Below, one piece after another: positions 59,440 through 64,000 of a stretch of 64,000 nucleotides of DNA. The first letter of the stretch is position 1; every line of letters begins with the position of its first letter. Below the pieces are notes generated by a model that was not told the DNA's origin, searched no databases, and saw nothing but the letters and a program-made list of their open reading frames with translations. The position numbers were made by a program, and so were the translations under genes. This DNA comes from Desulfatiglandales bacterium (GTDB lineage: Bacteria > Desulfobacterota > DSM-4660 > Desulfatiglandales > HGW-15), in contig CAXXJJ010000004.1 in the NCBI GenBank assembly GCA_963667015.2, forward strand, positions 2,336,001 through 2,400,000. Reading direction: 5' to 3'.

Positions 59440-62400
59440 TTATATCTCTCTTTTTGAAAAAATCCATAGAGAAGCAGGTATCATCGTAAGGGTTATCAAT
59501 GTTCCGAAAGCAATACCAAAGCTGATTGAAATTGCTGCAGGGATAAGAAACTGTGCCTGCTCTGATGTTTCAAACATAAGAGGTGCAAGTCCAAAAATTG
59601 TGGTCAAAGAAGTAAGGATAATAGGTCTGAATCTATCACATACTGCTTTTATGATGCCCTTATGAATTGACATATCCATACTTATATTTCTGTTAAAACC
59701 TGTAACAAGAACCAGTGAATCATTTACTATTACTCCGGCCATTGCAATAATACCCATTATTGATACTATGGATAGATCATAACCGAAAGCAATGTGACCC
59801 CATACTGCACCAATAAGACTGAAGGGGATTACCGACATGACAAGAAGAGGCTGTTTCCAGGAATTAAAATATAAAGTTAAAAGAAGATATATAATACCCA
59901 GAACCACCATAAAACCGTTCCCCAGTGCGCCTAGCGCGTCATCTATCTCTTCTTCCTCTCCCCCGATGGTTACTGATACTCCGGGGAATTTTTTAGTCAA
60001 TGCCGATAATACCTTTTCATCAAGTTCATCTTCAATAAAATCATCACTGATACCGGTCATGATATCGGCAGTTACAGGGAAAATACGCTTTCCGTCCCTT
60101 CGCACCAGGTTTGTCCTGGTATGATTGCGCGTAATCTCCGCTACCTGGGACAGGGGAACCAGTGAACCATATTGATTTTTAAGCATTACCTCCTGCATGG
60201 TACTGATGTCCCCGCGTTCTTTTTCACTCAACCGGACCATCACCTTTATTTCATTACCGTCTCTTACAAAGCGGTATGCCTCTGCCCCGTAAAAACGATG
60301 CCTGACCTGATTTGCCATATCCTCTGCGGTAATACCCATCTTGAGTCCATCCTTTTTAAAACTCAATTTTAACTGGGGCTTTCCTGCATGAACACCATCA
60401 TCGATTGACGATAACCCTGGTATTTCTCCCATTTTTTCACCAATAAAGGATGCAGCTTTTTCTGCGGTACCTGTATCCGGATGAAAAACTTCAAGCCTAA
60501 TTGGTTCACCTCCTGTAATCTTTGTCTCTCCGGTAAAATTTACTGACTCGAGTTTTCCCCTGTCACCAAATGCCTTTTGCCACTCAAGAGCAAATTCGGG
60601 ACCGGAAACAGTTCTCTTCTCCCTGGGAGGCAGCCCCAGAAGGACCGAGATATAATGAGATCCTGCAAGAGTTTCCACCTCTATTTCTCCCTCCTCAAGC
60701 CTTGTTCCAATCAATGAAAATACTCCCTTTGACTCCATTTTATTATCCCTGAGCACACGGTAAGCAGCATCGACTATTTTCCTTTGAATTTCAACTGACT
60801 CTGCCCTGGGAGAACCATAGGGCAGTGCGGCCTGTGCAATAACAGTGTCTGACTCAATAGTAGGTGTAAAACTGAACTCCAAAAGGCCGCCCGCAACACC
60901 TCCTGCTGTTATTAACATCAGAGAAATAAAAACAGATATGGCAGCAACAGGATATTTAAGGCACAACTCAATGCACTTTTTAAATTTGCCCTGTATAAGA
61001 ATCTCAAGCCTTTCATTGAAAACCTGCTGCGGACGGGCAAGAAAATTTATCCAGGATCTGTCATGGCTGCCATCGGCCAGATGAACCGATAGGATAAAAA
61101 CTGACTCTACAATTGATACAAGCAGTACTGCGACAATCACAGCCGGTATCTGCCTGAAGACAACTCCCATTGAACCGGGCACATAAAACATGGGCATAAA
61201 TGCCAGAATTGTTGTTGATGTTGCCATGAGAATCGGAAGGCCCATTTCTTTCAGGCCCATTACGGCTGCAGACAAAGGGTCCATCCCTTTACATCTGTAT
61301 GAGTGAATGGCTTCTCCCATCATTATGGTGTCATCAACTACAACGCCTATGACTACGATAAAGGCAAACAATGAGATCATATTCAGAGAGGCATTAAATA
61401 GAGGGAAAATCAGTAACCCTCCAAGAAGCGAGGTGGGCATACCGATCATTACCCAGAAAGCAAGACGAGGTTCAAGGAAGATACCAAGAATAAAAATAAC
61501 AAGGATGAGTCCGATTAATGCGTTGTTTACAAGCAGGGACATACGGCTGCGGTAGGCGCTTGCCTCGTTTTCAAAAATGTTAATGTCCACACCCCTGTAT
61601 TTTTCTTTTGCAGTATGCTCAAGGTACTCTGTTACTTTAGCTTCAACCGATATTGGAGAGTCATCACCAACAGCGTAGACATTGATCAATATGGCAGGAT
61701 TTCCATTAAACCAGGATTCGACTGTAAAATCTCCAAATGTGTCTTTTAAAACCGCAATTTCAGATAATTTCAAAGGCCTTCCGGATTTTGTCTGCGATAT
61801 TACTATATCAGAAAATTTATCTGCCCATTCCCGGCGTTCAGAAGTCCTTATTGCGATATCGGAATTTTCGGAAAAAATATTCCCCCCCGGAAGATCAAGG
61901 GAATTTTCACTGATCTTTAGTGCAATATCTTCCAGTGTAATCCCATACTCTCTGAGGATTTTTTCTGTAACTTCTACAGATATTTCAGGCTCAGGAGGAA
62001 AAGCCACTTCAACTTTCCTGAGACCCATCTCTGTGCGTAAATCATCCCTGATTGATTCGGCGGTTCTCAGAAGCCACATGAGCGGCTGATCACCTGATAC
62101 TGTTAATGAGAGGGCTTTTTCAACTTCAGATGGAACACTGACTACAGGTTTTTCCGCTTCCCGTGGGAAGGTGGTAATGCGATCCACGGCAATTTTAACA
62201 TCACCCAGCACTCTCTGTACGTCAGCGCTCTCAAGAAGGCTCATGGTAACAATTCCTGCACCTTCATTTGCTTCGGAGTCAACATGCTTAATTCCATCCA
62301 GTCCGCGGACTGCATTCTCAATTAATAAAAGCACAGAGGTTTTAATATCATCGGGAGAGGCGCCGGGCAGTTCCACTTCCACCTGTATTTCACGTTCTTT

Positions 62401-62523
62401 CATTTCAGGCAAAAGCTCCTGCCTGATAGTCATAGAGCTGATCAGGCCTCCTGCAATCAGCAATAACATTATACTGTTTGCAAATGCCTTTCGGTTTAAC
62501 AAAGAATGAAGAATCCTGCTCAT
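59440..62523 (-). CDS. RND efflux permease (AcrB family)
   Basis: 1027 aa, 12-TM pattern, GVVVDD, GVIVND, RFRPIILTSLTT. Confidence 0.94.
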   Translation of the reverse strand: MSRILHSLLNRKAFANSIMLLLIAGGLISSMTIRQELLPEMKEREIQVEVELPGASPDDIKTSVLLLIENAVRGLDGIKHVDSEANEGAGIVTMSLLESADVQRVLGDVKIAVDRITTFPREAEKPVVSVPSEVEKALSLTVSGDQPLMWLLRTAESIRDDLRTEMGLRKVEVAFPPEPEISVEVTEKILREYGITLEDIALKISENSLDLPGGNIFSENSDIAIRTSERREWADKFSDIVISQTKSGRPLKLSEIAVLKDTFGDFTVESWFNGNPAILINVYAVGDDSPISVEAKVTEYLEHTAKEKYRGVDINIFENEASAYRSRMSLLVNNALIGLILVIFILGIFLEPRLAFWVMIGMPTSLLGGLLIFPLFNASLNMISLFAFIVVIGVVVDDTIMMGEAIHSYRCKGMDPLSAAVMGLKEMGLPILMATSTTILAFMPMFYVPGSMGVVFRQIPAVIVAVLLVSIVESVFILSVHLADGSHDRSWINFLARPQQVFNERLEILIQGKFKKCIELCLKYPVAAISVFISLMLITAGGVAGGLLEFSFTPTIESDTVIAQAALPYGSPRAESVEIQRKIVDAAYRVLRDNKMESKGVFSLIGTRLEEGEIEVETLAGSHYISVLLGLPPREKRTVSGPEFALEWQKAFGDRGKLESVNFTGETKITGGEPIRLEVFHPDTGTAEKAASFIGEKMGEIPGLSSIDDGVHAGKPQLKLSFKKDGLKMGITAEDMANQVRHRFYGAEAYRFVRDGNEIKVMVRLSEKERGDISTMQEVMLKNQYGSLVPLSQVAEITRNHTRTNLVRRDGKRIFPVTADIMTGISDDFIEDELDEKVLSALTKKFPGVSVTIGGEEEEIDDALGALGNGFMVVLGIIYLLLTLYFNSWKQPLLVMSVIPFSLIGAVWGHIAFGYDLSIVSIMGIIAMAGVIVNDSLVLVTGFNRNISMDMSIHKGIIKAVCDRFRPIILTSLTTIFGLAPLMFETSEQAQFLIPAAISISFGIAFGTLITLTMIPASLWIFSKREI

Positions 62524-63686
62524 TATATTCGTCCCCCGCTATTTTCTTCATCCTGTAAAACAATCGTTTCTGACTTTACAGCATTCAGTTTCATACCCTG
62601 TAAAGGACTCGCGATATGAGAAAGGATTACCCTTTCTCCTTCATTCAGACCTTTATTTACGCATATATTCCGGCTATCCTCACCGGAGATTATAACATTG
62701 CGTATCTCCAGGGTGTTTTCCTGGCTTAGTACCCAGACGGTGCCTGAGGCGCGCAGAGCAGCTTTATCAAGTACAACAACATTTTTATGACATTTACCGG
62801 GAAGGATTACAGCGGCATGGGAACCCATTGTTATGTTGTCCGCTGTAAATTCAACAAGGGCCTGCTTTTGCCTTGTATCACTGTCTATCTGCGGGATTAC
62901 AGACTTTATATGCCCGATATACTGATTCGGACCGACCTGAATTGTCACGCTGCTGTCTTCAGTATCCAGAGAGTACCCGGATGAATAGTTTGCAATGATA
63001 TGATAAGTTTCTGTACAGGCAAAGCTTATGGGTATCTCCCCTGGATCAGTATACTGACCGATGGCAACCGATTCATCAAGAATGATACCTGCACACGGGG
63101 ATAATATCCGGGTTTTTTCAAGGTTCAGTCTGGCCATGTCCAGCCGTGCTTCAGTAGCTTTCATCCGCGCTTTCAGTTCTTTAAGCTGGGGCTGGCGAAG
63201 CATAAGAGGATTTTTATTAACCATCACCTCTGGATCATCCAGCAGTTCCATCTCTTTTTTAACAACATTCTGCCAGCCCATTTCCATCTCCAGGGCCTGC
63301 TGTGACTGTTCATTGGCAGCTTCGGCTTCTGCAAGAACATTAAGGTAGTCTCTATTATCAAGTGAAAAAAGCAATTTACCCTTTTGAATTTTTGCACCTT
63401 TATAGACATCATTACCTATTAAATCAATTTTACCGGCTAATTCACTCCTGATATTTACTGTTTCAGCAGGTTCTACAAAACCCCATGCAGGTATCTTTAA
63501 CTGATAGTCTGACCTTTTAACAGTACCAGTTTTTACATTAATGGTATGATCAATATTATAAGGGATTGGATTTCCCTCTTCACCCGAAATAAGGGCCAGT
63601 GTTAATCCGCAGCCTGTGACTAATATTAAGACAACATACAATAATTCTTTATTAATAACTTTCATGCGTATTACTCCATCCTGCAC
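62523..63686 (-). CDS. RND periplasmic adaptor (MFP)
   Basis: N-terminal TM, lipoyl-like halves, coiled hairpin, LEKTRILSPCAG; likely start 63665. Confidence 0.9.
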   Translation of the reverse strand: MQDGVIRMKVINKELLYVVLILVTGCGLTLALISGEEGNPIPYNIDHTINVKTGTVKRSDYQLKIPAWGFVEPAETVNIRSELAGKIDLIGNDVYKGAKIQKGKLLFSLDNRDYLNVLAEAEAANEQSQQALEMEMGWQNVVKKEMELLDDPEVMVNKNPLMLRQPQLKELKARMKATEARLDMARLNLEKTRILSPCAGIILDESVAIGQYTDPGEIPISFACTETYHIIANYSSGYSLDTEDSSVTIQVGPNQYIGHIKSVIPQIDSDTRQKQALVEFTADNITMGSHAAVILPGKCHKNVVVLDKAALRASGTVWVLSQENTLEIRNVIISGEDSRNICVNKGLNEGERVILSHIASPLQGMKLNAVKSETIVLQDEENSGGRI

Positions 63687-64000
63687 CCAGCGCTCTTAAT
63701 AGACTGCATCTGTTTATAAGAAGCTCTTCCTGGAGTTCTAATTCCTCAACCTGCAGGTTCTGAAGATCAATTAGTGAAGAAAGAACAGTAAGGTAAGGCC
63801 CCTTTCCGTTGATATAAAACAGCCTTGAATTATCAACGGTTTTGCGGGCATTTAATATTTGTCTTTTCAGGATTTTCTGTTTATCAAACAACCTGTGTTC
63901 CCTGTTTACAGAATCTTCAACTTCACGCACTGCTTCAAGTACTGCCTGTTTCAGTAGTGCAAGTGATTCACAAACCTCCGCCTCCCGCTGGTTCATTTGT
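63652..64000 (-). CDS. Outer-membrane factor (TolC/NodT family), C-terminal part
   Basis: VLEAVREVED, Y..G...YLTVL, L.RALGAGW; runs off the right edge. Confidence 0.88.
   Translation of the reverse strand, partial: QMNQREAEVCESLALLKQAVLEAVREVEDSVNREHRLFDKQKILKRQILNARKTVDNSRLFYINGKGPYLTVLSSLIDLQNLQVEELELQEELLINRCSLLRALGAGWSNTHESY

Noticed and set aside
1..64000. CRISPR array, tRNA, rRNA, riboswitch or selenoprotein read-through
   Set aside because: No repeat-spacer periodicity, cloverleaf or recognisable aptamer seen by eye; the TGA stops examined fall at natural C-termini or in remnants. Infernal/tRNAscan would be needed to exclude them fully.
57493..64000. Two-component system plus RND efflux operon as a novel system
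   Set aside because: Common, well-described arrangement with canonical motifs

Overview
Bacterial chromosomal window that reads as Desulfobacterota (deltaproteobacterial; inferred from gene content and protein style). I found no rRNA, tRNA, CRISPR array, transposase or integrase. The left part (1-25.4 kb) is mostly housekeeping: mutS-lapB-lapA-HIT, metallo-hydrolases, an ApbE/UPF0280 protein, a 680-aa unknown, archease-rtcB, an orphan AddA-like helicase-nuclease, a GlmU-N-like transferase, a sigma54 two-component pair and ACT/DUF711. The middle (25.4-48.2 kb) is a roughly 23-kb signal-transduction island of kinases, receivers, HD-GYP, HDOD, EAL-HDOD and MshEN-like proteins. It has a sigma28-like promoter, several incomplete modules and signs of recent remodelling: a tandem kinase duplication, a deletion scar, a truncated receiver and a 153-bp MITE with a 6-bp target duplication splitting the EAL-HDOD gene. 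The right part (48.3-64 kb) holds a decayed 3' copy of a GH3 beta-glucosidase, a small AT-rich insert, an intact GH3 lipoprotein, a tandem-domain lipoprotein, an ADP-forming acyl-CoA ligase and an OmpR-type two-component system with an RND efflux operon. The best candidate for an undescribed system is the signalling island and its uncharacterised parts (globin-like/PAS/H-box-only protein, GAF plus Zn-tail protein, Cys mini-protein, MshEN-like protein). All family calls come from motif recognition by eye; no searches were run.
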